A stretch of 64,000 nt of DNA from Octopus sinensis (GCF_006345805.1 NC_043011.1:13342464-13406463), one strand, 5' to 3'. Shown: positions 1-11,926, numbered from the stretch's first letter. Numbers and translations are program-made. Notes: generated by a model from the letters alone, not told the origin.

Positions 1-99
1 TGCCGTCGGCATGATATTATTGCCAGGGTTTTCAGGCAGAAGCTGACTAAGCTAATTGATTTAATCAAAAAAGAGCAGGTTTTTGGGCCTGTTAACTGC
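1..99 (+). mobile_element. Helitron Rep/helicase coding fragment
   Basis: Frame +1 reads CRRHDIIARVFRQKLTKLIDLIKKEQVFGPVNC, resembling the Helitron Rep-domain segment 'RHD(L/I)xARVFxxKL...LI....IFG'. It breaks off into (CA)n/(TA)n. Confidence 0.7.
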
Positions 100-172
100 C
101 ACACATACACACACACACATATATATATATATAATATATATACACACACACACATAATATATCTCCTGTTTA

Positions 173-330
173 GGCGCTGGCATGGCTGTGTGGTTAGGGA
201 GCTTGCTTCCTAGCTACATGGTTTCGGGTTCAGTCCCACTGCGTGGCACTTTGGGTAGGTGTCTTCTGCTATAGCCCCGAGCCGACCGAAGCTTTGTGAT
301 TGAATTTGGTAGGCGGGAGTTACTGCGATG
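173..330 (+). mobile_element. tRNA-derived SINE family A (CORE-like central domain), diverged 5' part
   Basis: A-box TGGCTGTGTGG and B-box GGTTCAGTCCC; similar to the full copies at 5230 and 12614. Confidence 0.75.
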
Positions 331-676
331 TGTGTATATGTGCATATAGCTGCTTAGTGCCTCTCCGAAAGAGAGAGAGAGAGAGGGAACCTTCCAAGTG
401 ATATAATTTGTCAATATTGAATGGGTGCTCACTTTTGTGTATCTGTGGTTACAGAGTAAAGATCTGCAAAATGTGGGAACTAAAAAATCATACACCCAAA
501 CTCATTGAAGCTAAGTATATTAAAGATGTTCACTATTTGTCATCATGTACATTGGTACAAAATTTAGAATGGCCTTTATGTTCCTAGAAACGATTTAAAG
601 ATCACAGTGATAATGCAACTAGTTTTTGGTTTAATGTATGTCTTAAGTTCTAATTACAAAGTGAACAGAAGAGAAT

Positions 677-955
677 TCATCATCATCGTTTAACTTCCAT
701 TTTCCATGCTAGCATGGGTTGGACGGTTCGACCGGGGTCTGGGAAGCCAGGAGGCTGCACCAGGCTCCAGTCTGATCTGGCAGTGTTTCTACAGCTGGAT
801 GCCCTTCTTAACGTCAACCACTCCGTGAGTGTAGTGGGTGCTTTTTACATGCCAGGGGAGGCTGGCAGCGGCCACGATCGGATGGTGCTTTTTACGTGCC
901 ACCGGCACAGAAGCCAGTCAAGCCGGCGCTGGCATCAGCCACATTCGGATTGTGC
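677..955 (-). mobile_element. RTE-LINE 3'-tail repeat (family C)
   Basis: (CAT)n-CGTTTAAC...CTGGATGCCCTT...CCACTCC; same sequence as the 3' UTR of the LINE at 19307-21720. Confidence 0.8.
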
Positions 956-1235
956 TTTTTACAGTTGTAAACATAAAAGAGATGTGTATGTGTGTTAGAA
1001 AATTTTTGAAGTTTGATTAAAATTCTTTATTGGACAATGTGAGCTGTAATGAAATCACAAGTCACACAGACATCAATCTCTAATTAAATATATAAATTTT
1101 CAACTGCCATTGAGAGAGCATGAGACTTGTTGAACTTGTAAATTATTTGTGAATAAAATATTTAGTGTTTCAGCTATAGAGGAATGGGTAATAGATACCA
1201 ATTACGTCTTTCAGATGCTGCACAATTCTTGTATA

Positions 1236-1797
1236 CAGTAATCCCTCACTGCATCATGGTTCACCTATCATGGTTTATTTAGGCTTATATCGATTCCTCT
1301 GTGGTAGTGTTTTGTATTTATAATACAATAAATATCATTATCATCATCGTTTAACGTCCGCTTTCCATGCTAGCATGGGTTGGACGATTTTGACTGAGGG
1401 CTTGCGAGCCAGATGGCTGCACCAGGCTCCAATCTTGATCTGGCAGAGTTTCTACAGCTAGATGCCCTTCCTAATGCCAACCACTCCGAGAGTGTAGTGG
1501 GTGGTGCTTTTTACGTGCCACCGGCACGGGGGCCAGTCAGGCGGCACTGGCAACGACCTCGCTCGAATCTTTTTACACGTGCCACCGGCACAGGTGCCAG
1601 TGAAGCGACGTTAGTAACGATCACACTCGAATGGTGCCCTTTTACGTGCCACGGGTACGGAAGCTAGTTGGGTGCTCTGGCAACAATCACGCTCGGATGG
1701 TGCTCATTATAAAAATTAGTTTTAAAAAAAAGTACAGTACTTCGTGGATTTTCACCTATTTTGGAACGTAACACCAGCGATGGATGAGGGATTACTG
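1236..1797. mobile_element. Tc1/pogo (Tigger-like) MITE with a nested family C insertion (about 1336-1710)
   Basis: TIRs CAGTAATCCCTC / GAGGGATTACTG, flanked by TA on both sides. Confidence 0.75.
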
Positions 1798-2023
1798 TAT
1801 TAGAATTTCTATATACTTCAATACATGTAAAACTTCAAGTATTTTTTTCTTCTGTTGACTTTTTCTGCTTTTTTTCTTCTTAGGTTGTCAGTTATTTTTT
1901 TTACAGTTCTGTCAAAAGAATATTGTTTTATTTCAGACTTATGCATCCTTTATCTTTATCTTTATTTATTTTTCTTTGATGGGCTTCACCATCCTATTCC
2001 TGTTGCATGTTATTTCATTGCAG

Positions 2024-2116
2024 CATTACATGGTATTCCCCAAACCCAGGCGGTGGCAAAACCAGCTGTGGCAGCAGTGGCTCAAGTCAGGAGACTGTCT
2101 ACCACTATTCTAATGG
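2024..2116 (+). CDS. ACO1: Candidate ACO1 cassette exon encoding an IRP2-like insertion (ITWYSPNPGGGKTSCGSSGSSQETVYHYSNG)
   Basis: Acceptor TTTCATTGCAG, donor GG|GTAAGA. 93 nt, open in phase 2-2, matching the phase-2 start of exon 10460. GC-richer than its flanks. PNPGGG matches the start of the vertebrate IRP2 insert. Confidence 0.75.
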
Positions 2117-3056
2117 GTAAGACAGTTGGTTCCATAATAGTACCTGTCCAACATAAACATCTTACAGTCTTGCTGCTAGTAATAGTTTGTGCTGTTGTGT
2201 TAGTAACATTGTTAAATCTAGACTTTTGTAGGTTTTTCAATATGGATCTAGAGTTATGTTGTCACGTATTCAAAGTATTTAAACCTATTATTTTATTTTG
2301 TTGCAAATGGCTACAAGTTAAGCAGAGAGTTAATCTAGATGTAAAAGTGTTCTTGGAATAAACCACACACAATGAAACTGTAACTGTTCGTTATCTATGG
2401 CAAGAATGCATGTACCTCTGAGATCAGTGAAGAAGCTCTTTGACTATTGAATACTGAAATCTTGGACTAGATTCAAGTCTGAAATTCTTGATAAAATAGC
2501 ATCATATAAACATTGGGTATTTTTGTTCTTAATTTGTACATTATAACGATAATAAAGTTATAAATTATTGATATTGTTTAATTACATTGATTAGAAGGTT
2601 AAAAAATAACCTTTGCAGTAATATTTTGCTGTTGTTGAGCCTATGAGGGAACCTCTTTACAGCTGGTTTACTTGCTAGAAATAACAGCCAAATTTTCCCT
2701 CAAATCACACCTATTGTTTTAAACAGGAAGGGCACATTGAATAATGTAGTCCTCAGTAACCCTTATAGACAGGATGGTCACAGCTGGAATGCCATTAGTC
2801 GTAGGTCTGCTCAATCAAAGTTGACCTCATGTTTTGTTACACACTGACTTAATATATGCGTTTTTAATTAGTAGTCTTCAAAAATGTTTTTAATTCATTC
2901 CTTTTAATATGTCTTTCTCTACTACTATTTGCTGATATTGTTGCTGCAAGATTTTTGTGCCAAACCTCTCTCCCTCACATAAAATTTTCATATATGATAC
3001 TGTATTTTCATATAAGCTGCTTAGCTGAAACATATTACATTGCGTGTAGAAGAGAT

Positions 3057-3484
3057 TCATCATCATCAACGTCCGTTTTCCGCGCTAGCACGGGTTGGAC
3101 GGTTCGACCGAGGTCTGGGAAGCCAGGGGCTGCACCAGGCTCCAGTCTGATCTGGCAGTGCTTCCACAGCTGGATGCCCTTCCTAATGCCAACCACTCCG
3201 CGAGTGTAGTGGGTGCTGTTTACGTGCCACCTGCACAGGTGCCAGGGGGGTCTGGCATTGGCCACGATCGGTTGGTGCTTTTTATGTGCCACCGGCACAG
3301 AAGCCAGTCGAGGCGGTGCTGGCATCGGCCACATTCAGATGGTGCTTTTTATGTGCCACCGGCACAGAAGCCAGTCGAGGCGGGGCTGGCATCGGCCACG
3401 TTCGGATGGTGCTTTTTATGTGCCACCGGCACAGAAGCCTGTCGAGGCGGCGCTGGCAACGGCCATGTTCGGATGGTGCTTTTG
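3057..3484 (-). mobile_element. Family C RTE tail with an internal ~67-bp tandem expansion
   Basis: GGTGCTTTTTATGTGCCACCGGCACAGAAGCC recurs at about 3274, 3341 and 3407. Confidence 0.85.
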
Positions 3485-3555
3485 AGCTGAACATCATAAT
3501 TTAGCTTCAAGTTTATTTTATTATATTTATTTAAATTTTTTAGATTTTACATTAA

Positions 3556-3776
3556 CCCTTTCATTACCAACCCAGCCGAAACCGCCTCTGGCTCTGTAGT
3601 ACAAATGTCTTGTTTTCTTAAGTTTTGAATTAAAATCTTCCACCAAACCTTAGTCACAATTTATGTTCCTAACACTAGCTGAATGGTAACTAAGTTATTT
3701 TACTAAATTCTTTGTCACATTTAAAATAATTGAAAGAAACACAGAGCATCTCAAAATAAATACGGTAATGAAAGGG
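3556..3776. mobile_element. piggyBac-like MITE
   Basis: TTAA|CCCTTTCATTACC...GGTAATGAAAGGG|TTAA; near-identical copy at 44862-45083. Confidence 0.9.
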
Positions 3777-4233
3777 TTAACTGAATATTTCTTCTATTTA
3801 GACTCCTAAGGATTTTGTGTGTGTATATTATATATACACTTATAGTGTAACATTTGTAAATGTGAACATTTCAGCTAGATTTCTGTTGTTTTTTTTTTGT
3901 CTATAAGAAATCCTGGCTAACTGAGTTTGTGGGATACCTATCTTCTGAGGGTTGGCACTTCATCTCTTATTACCAGCACTGTATATTCTCTTTGGCCAAA
4001 ATATATGGTTCTCACATGATCCTATCCATTCAGCTGAAAGTGGATACTTTAGAGTAAAAAGAACTCACTGTCGTTAGAAGTGGCAGCACTAAAATTGACG
4101 TTACTCATTAGTTTGTAGTGTTGAGTTCGGCTGTTTTTATTGGAGAAGCCAGAAAGCAGTGGATCTTATCTTGAATCTTGAAGTCATTCGAGCTAAAAGT
4201 AGAGTAATTTAGTCAGTCATCTGATAGGCCTAA

Positions 4234-4790
4234 TCAACTAAAAAAAAAAGGAAGTGATTTTTGTTTTTGAATATACAAGTTTAGTTATCACTTCGTATCT
4301 GTTCACTCTGTCATCATTTCTATTTTTATTGTGTTTCTGAGGACACTGACCTGAGTTGAATGGTTATATTACAATAGTAGTGAGCTTTAGCGAAATCAAG
4401 ATTGTCTCCTGAGGTTTTAGGTTGTTGCTTTGTTTTTTGAGAGGACTTTTTTTCTTATCTACAGGCAATAAAAAGAATATATCAATATATTGCATAAAAT
4501 GGCTGATGTTATTTAACTCCAGATTTGTCCTTATTGAGCAGGCCTGTAATCAGAGCATTTCAGCCGTGACCATCCCATCTTATTTTCAAGATAATGTAAT
4601 TAGGATTATACTTCAACTAAAATAAAAAAGGAAGTGTTTTTTGTTTTTGAATATACAAGTTTAGTTATCACTTCGTATCTGTTCACTCTGTCATCATTTC
4701 TATTTTTATTGTTTCTGAGGACCCTGACCTGAGTTGAATAGTTGTATTACAATAGTAATGTAAGATAATGTAATTAGGATTATACTGTCT
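4234..4790 (+). repeat. Local direct duplication (~145 bp at 4234-4380 and 4613-4760)
   Basis: GAATATACAAGTTTAGTTATCACTTCGTATCTGTTCACTCTGTCATCATTTC... occurs twice; AAGATAATGTAATTAGGATTATACT is also repeated. Confidence 0.85.
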
Positions 4791-5229
4791 GTTCTATTCT
4801 TCCCTTAAGATGAGCGTGTGCTATTTGAGAGAGATCTGGTTATTTTCTTAACCTATGTGGTTGCTCAATTTGCAGGAGCAACCACATAGATTTTCTTAAT
4901 TTTTTCTTTCAGTTTTTTGGTAGGTATTGAAATAAGGAGCACTAAAAACTTACCTTGAATATGTTGAGTGTAAGGTAGTCAGCAGTGATTTGATGTCATG
5001 GTTATTTAGTATTTCTAACAAACCCACTAAAAATATATAAAACTGATGAAAAAAAATAATGGTTGGCAGTTTTCTGAGTGTCTGAGAAAGTAGTTCATAT
5101 GATGCCATATGACCATAATTATGGGAGTGATTCCATACAATAGAGCTGGTATAAAGAAAATAATATTTAATCTCAAGGATTGTCACGCTCATTTTTCTTT
5201 CCATATTTCTAAAGTATTAATTGCATATA

Positions 5230-5630
5230 GGTGTAGGAGTGGCTGTGTGGTAAGTATCTTGTTTACCAACCACATGGTTCCGGGTTCAGTCCCACTGCGT
5301 GGCATCTTGGGCAAGTGTCTTCTACTAAAGCCTCGGGCCGACCAATGCCTTGTGAGTGGATTTGGTAGACGGAAACTGAAAGAAGCCTGTCGTATATATG
5401 TATATATATATGTGTGCATGTATATGTTTGTGTGTCTGTGTTTGTCCCCCCAACATCACTTGACAACCGATGCTGGTGTGTTTACGTCACCGTAACTTAG
5501 CAGTTCGGCAAAAGAGACCGATAGAATATGTACTAGGCTTACAAAGAATAAGTCCTGGGGTCGATTTGCTTGACTAAAGGCGGTGCTCCAGCATGGCCAC
5601 AGTCAAATGACTGAAACAAGTAAAAGAGTA
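5230..5630 (+). mobile_element. tRNA-derived SINE family A, full length
   Basis: Pol III A/B boxes, CTTGGGCAAGTG core, central (TA)/(TG) microsatellite, tail ...GACTGAAACAAGTAAAAGAG. Confidence 0.9.
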
Positions 5631-6086
5631 GACTATGTCTGTTCTTTTCTTTTCCCTTTTGAATGCATGTCCAGTGTTTTAAATCAAAATTTTAAAAAGT
5701 CAATTTAATAGTCTAATTATTTGGTCATTTTATCACAATATCAAAAATGTTATACAGATATTATCACAGAACATTTTTGTTATAATTTCTGGTGGAATTT
5801 ATCTTTTGTCAATTCTGTATTCTCTCTTCCTACTTATTTTTAGAGCTTCAGTTTCATTGAAGTTATGTTTCTATTACTTAGGCCGCCAAAACAAATGACT
5901 AATTTAGCTTACATTCTCTGGGTTTGATTTTAATTTCAAGTTTTTTAGATGTTTTTGTTCTAATTTTGGATGGGAGTTAAACTGTTTGGGAAAATATCAA
6001 AGAACATGAGAGAATAGATTCTGTTTAAATTCAGTTTTTGCATCTTACGTTCTTCTTGCAACAGACAGAATTTACAGATTTACACT

Positions 6087-6280
6087 TCATCATCATCATC
6101 ATCATCATCATCGTTTAACGTCCGCTTTCCATGCTAGCATGGATTGGACGGTTCGACCGGGGTCTGGGAAGCCTGGAGGCTACACCAGGCTCCAGTCTGA
6201 TCTGGCAGGGCTTCTACAGCTGGATGCCCTTCCTAACGCCAACCACTCCGTGAGTGTAGTGGATGCTCTTTACGTGCCAC
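6087..6280 (-). mobile_element. Family C RTE tail
   Basis: (CAT)n-CGTTTAACGTCCGCTTTCCATGCTAGCATGG... Confidence 0.85.
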
Positions 6281-6686
6281 ATCAAAATATAAACAAGTAG
6301 CTTAACACAATATTTCAATGTCTGTATGCAATAAGATGTATTACATGATGTGGACACAAGATGTTTTGGCATGACTATTTTGCTGCTGCTGATTCGATGG
6401 TGACTTATCTGACATGTCATTTCAATATATTTGTGAGCATCTAGTTATGAACGTGTAATGTCTGTATCTGTATGTGTGTAATTTCTATGCACATTCATTG
6501 TGTGTGTGTGTTTATCTCCCATACTAAAACAGACTGAATGTCCAAACAGCCACACCCAGTCTTCTCACTCCGACATGATGTGGGTATATTGTAATTTGAA
6601 ATTATCAGTTTAGAATTAATTTTTCTTTCATGATCAGGTATAATTCTACAAGTATCATTTTAAATTATAGTTCTATTCTATAGGAA

Positions 6687-6838
6687 GGGCGTTAGGAAGG
6701 GGATCCAGCTGTAGAAACTCTGCCAAACCAAGATTGGAGCCTGGTGCAGCCATCTGGTTCGCCAGCCCTCAGTTAAAATTGTCCAACCCATGCTAGCATG
6801 GAAAGCGGATATTAAACGATGATGATGATGATGATGAT
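6687..6838 (+). mobile_element. Family C RTE tail
   Basis: GGCGTTAGGAAGGG...AAACGATGATGATG. Confidence 0.85.
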
Positions 6839-7006
6839 TCTAATTATGGCATTTAACTTGGTTTGTAATGTAAACCACTTCTATAACACTTGCCATATTT
6901 TATATACCTGTAAAAATGAATTTAATGGGAATTTTTTTGTTTTTATTTTTTACAATAATTTCTTTTCATTTATCCAAATATTATTGATATGATTATTGCA
7001 TAATTT

Positions 7007-7195
7007 CATCATCATCGTCGTCATTTAACATCCGCTTTCCATGCTGATATGGGTTGGACGATTTTGACTGAGGGATGGCAAGCCAGAAGGCTGCTCCAGG
7101 CTCCAATCTGATCTGGCAAAGTTTCTACAGCTGGATGCCCTTTCTAATGCCAACCACTCTGAGAGTGTAGTGGGTGCTTTTTACGTGCCACCAGC
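7007..7195 (-). mobile_element. Family C RTE tail
   Basis: Same consensus, inverted relative to the copy at 6687. Confidence 0.85.
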
Positions 7196-7857
7196 TTGGG
7201 ATTGCTATTTCTGCTACAACTGTTCTAGTCTGTAATTATAACTTTCATAATCTATTTATTGTTCTTCTCAACTCTTAATTAAAGAAGTTTTTAATTGTAA
7301 TATATTTTAAGAAGTTAAAATACATTTTTAATGATAATAAAAGAATAGGATGTACCACTGACATTCAAAATTGCTGATTATTAATTAATTGGCTTTGCTT
7401 TATTAGCCAATACCAGTAAATTAGAGGCTAATTATTTATAATGTAACTAAGTATTGTCACATGAAAATTCATAGTGTAATTAATTGCACGTGGTATGTTA
7501 TAATATTTCATAATTAATCACTATTGCAGAGTTACTGTTTAAGAGTGTATGAAAGAATTAGGTTAATTTTACCAAGGTTTCTACATTTTATTGCCATTGA
7601 ACCATGAAGTTCACTGATGCAACCCTCAGTATACAATACATTCTACACCTACATGTAGGACTCATACTTGTTCAATCATTGGGTGACCATAAAATCAACA
7701 TATTTAGTCTTAGCCTAAAATAGAAGAGGAAAGGATAAGCACAAAAAGTAACACATAGTGTAGCTATAAGTATATTAGTAATTAGCTTTCTATTCATCCT
7801 CTTGTGCTCACAAGTTATGGAGTTGTGACTCAAGCCAAAGCAGGATGGTATAGTAGT

Positions 7858-8080
7858 GGCAAGCTGGCAGAAACGGTAGCATGCCGGGTGAAATGCGTAG
7901 CCGTATTTCGTTATGTTCTGAGTTCAAATTCCACTGAGGTCGACTTTGCCTTTCATCCTTTCGGGAGTCGATAAATTAAGTACCAGTTACGCACTGGGGT
8001 CGATGTAATCGACTTAATCCATTTGTCTGTCCTTGTTTGTCCCCTCTGTGTTTAGCCCTTTGTGGGTAATAAAGAAATAG
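7858..8080 (+). mobile_element. SINE family B (Nin/Deu-like central domain)
   Basis: GAGTTCAAATTCC B-box; GCCTTTCATCCTTTCGGG..TCGATAAATTAAGTACCAG domain; 13-bp flanking direct repeat GGTATAGTAGTGG (TSD). Confidence 0.85.
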
Positions 8081-8517
8081 GTATAGTAGTGGATCCCTGA
8101 GAGGGGTGGAATTCCTGGCTTGGTTAGAAAGGAATTCATTGATTGGTTGTTCCTCTTTTGAATGGGAGTGGGCAGGTAGCTTCATTTTTCCATCACCTAA
8201 TATACTTATGTAAGCACAGGAAATATATTTTTCTACATAGCACACACAAAATAGACAAATTTGGGATCCAGCTAAAGTGAATCCATTATAGTCTGGCAGC
8301 TAACAAAATAGTAGTGCAGAATAGCTTGTTGAGTGAGGATTTGTGTGTGTGTTGAATTTGCCTCCTTGCATGGTCAAACTTATGTATATTATGCTTTTCT
8401 CTCTTGATATGGAAACATTGCAGAAAGTATCATTTACTTCTCTATTCTTCAAAAAATTTTCCATGAAAATTCACTTTCTGCAATATTATACAGGAGGATA
8501 AAAAGCTAAAACTTTCA

Positions 8518-8923
8518 GGATCTTTTTGGTTTGAATGGTAGTTTTTCTGGTGGTGTCATATGAAATTGTCACCCATAATTATGACCCTAGTATTGATCTA
8601 TTGCATTTCAATCTGTTTTAGGGTTAGGGGTGGGAGGAAGGGTATCTTTTTTTTCTTCAGAAATGTAAATAAACCCAATCTGTTTCTTAAACGAGGGACA
8701 TATTCATATGGCACAGAATGTTTTTCACCTCAATAGATATCAGTGATTGGTTGAAATTGCAGAAATTGAAGAAGAAAAAAACAACAAATATATTACAAAC
8801 TATAGAATTTTCTCAAGAAAGCCAAGAAAAAAAGATGTTTTATAAACACATTCTACGAAGTTTAAAAGTGTTTAGTTATGTGGAAATTATTTTAAAAAAC
8901 TGCTATTCAAACCAAAAAGATCT
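8518..8923 (+). mobile_element. Merlin-like non-autonomous DNA transposon
   Basis: TIR GGATCTTTTTGGTTTGAA / TTCAAACCAAAAAGATCT; perfect 8-bp TSD AACTTTCA. Confidence 0.8.
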
Positions 8924-9249
8924 AACTTTCACAACATCTAATCATCTTAAAAATGTTCTATACTGATGGATTGTCAAAAGAAATTGGTAAAATGAAGAGG
9001 AAAACCACAGATGCTGGATATTCATCAATAACACAAACTACTTTAAACTGAAATACAAGAAAGGAAAAACAGATAAAGGACATCAACAATTGTCAATGAT
9101 ACATTATTTGGTTCAAGAAATTACCACTGTTGACATGCAGTCATATCCTGTTGTGTTTGAGTTGTAATTTTCAAACTTACTTATAAAGATTACTTCCAGC
9201 TACAATATCCCAAACCAAAAATACGATTCTGAGAATGGCATTCTTGATG

Positions 9250-9670
9250 TCGCCTTACTATCGTTACCAACATCGCCTTACTGGCACCTGTGCTGGTGGC
9301 ATGTGTAAAACTGGTGGCACGTAAAAAGCACCCACTACACTCTCAGAGTGGTTGGCATTAGGAAGGGCATCCAGCTGTAGAAACTCTGCCAAATCAAGAC
9401 TGGAGCCTGGTGCAGCCGTCTGGTTCACCAGCCCTCAGTCAAAATCGTCCAACCCATGCTAGCATGGAAAGTGGACGTTAAACAATGATGATGATGATAT
9501 ATATATGTATATATATATTCTTTTACACATTTCAGCCATTTGACTGTGGCCATGCTGGATTTTAGCTGAAGAAATCAACCCCAGGACTTATTCTTTGTAA
9601 ACCTAGTACTTATTTTATTGGCCTCTTTTGCCGAACCACTGAGTTATGAGGACATAAACACACCAACATA
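9250..9670. mobile_element. Family C tail (+, 9250-9498) next to a family A SINE 3' part (-, 9520-9670)
   Basis: Matches to both consensus sequences. Confidence 0.8.
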
Positions 9671-10459
9671 ACAATATTGATCATCTGCTAATTAATTGGT
9701 GTAGCCCTTTTAATAATGTTTAGCATTGGAAATCCTTTTACTTATAACCATAGGCTTTTGATTGTATCTGTTAGTGATGTGTTCTTCTCTGAATCCCCTA
9801 TATTTAACAGGAATCTCATCTCTTGAATCATTGCTTTTAAAATAGAAGCTAGGAGCTATTAGTAAAGTGGGGGGGAATTGTTGTTGCTTGGCATCTCGAT
9901 TGGTCTTAGCGTCAGTTAGTAGCCAAGTAGTTATAAGTAGGTTGAAATTATCCCCCATGTCCAACATCAAGATATAGGATGTTCTTAAACTGGGAAAGTT
10001 ATTATGTTATGCTTATAATTTATTCAGCTTTGTGTAGCACTAATATTTGTTTCAATATACAGAGCTGGAGAATACAAAGGTGACCCATTTCAATGGGAGG
10101 TTGGCATTATCGAGAATTTTTAGTCGTAAAAAGCACCTTTTTTGATTTTTGCAGACCCAGCAAGCCATAACACTGAAACAATGGACATTAAAATAGTTTT
10201 CAAAAGAAAATGTATCTCCAAGAGAACATCCAGATCTAACTCTGCTTATCTTCTGTAGTTTTCTGGTTTATTTATATATTTATTTTTATATATATTTCTG
10301 GTTTATTTATATATTTATTTATCTATTTTGATATTTTTATTGTATTTGTTTTAGAATTTATTCCCAGATACAGATTTTTCATTGATGACAATATTCCTTT
10401 ATTAATTTTATATAATAGATAAGTATTTAATTGACAATTTTATTTTTATTGTATTTTAG

Positions 10460-10529
10460 TTCAGATGCTCTCCAACAAAATGAAATTCGTGAATTTGAAA
10501 GGAATGAAGAAAGATTTCGATTCTTGAAG
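10460..10529 (+). CDS. ACO1: Cytosolic aconitase/IRP1 exon (SDALQQNEIREFERNEERFRFLK)
   Basis: TTTTAG| ... AAG|GTATAC, 70 nt; matches the aconitase A motif EFERNxERFxFLKW. Confidence 0.95.
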
Positions 10530-10970
10530 GTATACATTCCTCTTATTTGCTTTCATTCTCGCAGATATATTTATCATATTTATTCATATTAATGGAACCC
10601 ATGGAAATTCTTTGGAATTAAGAGGACCTATTTAAGAAAGAAAGGATGATTTGCATTTTTATTGCATTCATAGTTTAGCTTTCTTTAAATATTCTTGCTG
10701 TTTGTCTACATCATACCCTCAAAAAGTATCTTTTTTTTTAAACACTTTACTTTTTTTTAATTACATTTTTTACTGTTATGCACAAGATCTGCCATGAAAT
10801 TTTTTTCAATTTGAAAATATTTATTTCAAAATCAGAATCTTAGTTAACTGAAACACAGCATTTTAAATTTTCATGAAGTAAAAAAATTTTAAAACTCCAT
10901 CCAGTGTTCTGTATATTAATTTCACGAAACATATAATGAACATTTAATATAATATATTATCAATACAATA

Positions 10971-11600
10971 GGGCAGCAAGATGGCGGAATTGTTAACACA
11001 CCAGACAAAATGCTTAGTGGCATTTTGAGATCTTTTCGGTTTGAACAGTAGTTTTTTCTAGCGGTGTCATATGAAATTGTCACCCATAATTATGACCCTA
11101 ATATCGATCTATTGCATTTCAATGTTTTAGGGTTAGGGTTAGGGTTGGGTGGAAGGGTATCTTTTTTTCTTCACAAGTGTAAATAAACCCAATCTGTTTC
11201 TTAAACGAGGGACATATTCATACGGCACAGAATGTTTTCACCTCAATAGACGTCATTGATTGGTTGAAATTGCAGAAATTGAAGAGAAAAAAAAACAACA
11301 AATATCTTACAAACTATAGAATCTTCTCAATAAAGCCAAGAGAAAAAGTATGTTTTATAAACACATTCTACCAGTATATGAAGTTTAAAATTTTTTAGTT
11401 ATGTGGAAATTATTTTAAAAAACTGCCGTCCAAACCGAAAAGATCCACATTTTGTCCATCTTTATTTTCTGAGTTCAAATTCCGCCAAGGTCTTCTTTAC
11501 CTTTCATCCTTTTGAGGACAATAAAATAAGTACCAGTTGGGCACTGGGGTTGATGTAATCAACTTCCCTAGCCCCATGAAATTTCTGGCTTTGTACCAAA
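10971..11600 (+). mobile_element. SINE family B interrupted by a Merlin-like element
   Basis: SINE head at 10971-11027 resumes at 11455 (TCCATC...GAGTTCAAATTCCGCC...AAGTACCAG). Confidence 0.8.
11028..11446 (+). mobile_element. Merlin-like non-autonomous DNA transposon
   Basis: TIRs AGATCTTTTCGGTTTG / CAAACCGAAAAGATCC; TSD GCATTTTG/ACATTTTG; internal (TTAGGG)3. Confidence 0.8.
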
Positions 11601-11699
11601 ATGTGAAACCAACATATTATCAATATATTAGTAAAAATGCAACACTATTACCCATCAGTTGACTTCTACAATAGATACAAAAAAAAGTATGTACTATAC

Positions 11700-11870
11700 A
11701 GGAGTGGCTGTGTGGTAAGTAGCTTGCTTACCAACCACATAGTACTGGGTTCAGTCCCACTGCTTGGCACCTTGGGCAAGTGTCTTCTACTATAGCCTTG
11801 GGCCAACCAAAGAGTGGATTTAGTTGATGGAAACTGGAAGAAGCCTGTTGTATGTATGTATGTGTATGTG
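11700..11870 (+). mobile_element. SINE family A, 5' half
   Basis: A/B boxes and core, followed by (TG)n. Confidence 0.8.
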
Positions 11871-11891
11871 TTGGATCTTTCCTTTTCCTAT

Positions 11892-11926
11892 GTTTCTGAC
11901 GAAGAGCTCTGCTCGAAACGTTAAAC
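11892..11926 (+). ncRNA. Minimal type I hammerhead ribozyme motif (Penelope-type)
   Basis: GTTT-CTGACGA-A-GAGC(TCT)GCTC-GAAACGT-T-AAAC: conserved core, stem II, stem I GTTT/AAAC and palindromic ACGT stem III. Confidence 0.65.

Noticed and set aside
1855-2361. 168-aa hydrophobic ORF
   Set aside because: Low-complexity T-rich intron read-through; the meaningful frame is the different-frame exon 2024-2116.
3250-3484. Regularly spaced repeats resembling a CRISPR array
   Set aside because: The 'spacers' are themselves repeated; this is a tandem subrepeat of a LINE 3' UTR in a eukaryotic genome with no cas genes.
214-5495. Recurrent short ORFs (e.g. ...RLPNPLTRLWSARGYSRRHLPK..., ...[13 protein letters not shown]...) as a gene family
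   Set aside because: They are translations of SINE and LINE-tail copies in varying frames with scattered stops.
6533-6583. 51-nt AG..GT segment as a further insert exon (phase-2 frame LNVQTATPSLLTPT*CG; poison exon, Sec or editing idea)
   Set aside because: Weak polypyrimidine tract, in-frame TGA, no recognisable homology and no SECIS seen. Unsupported without RNA data.
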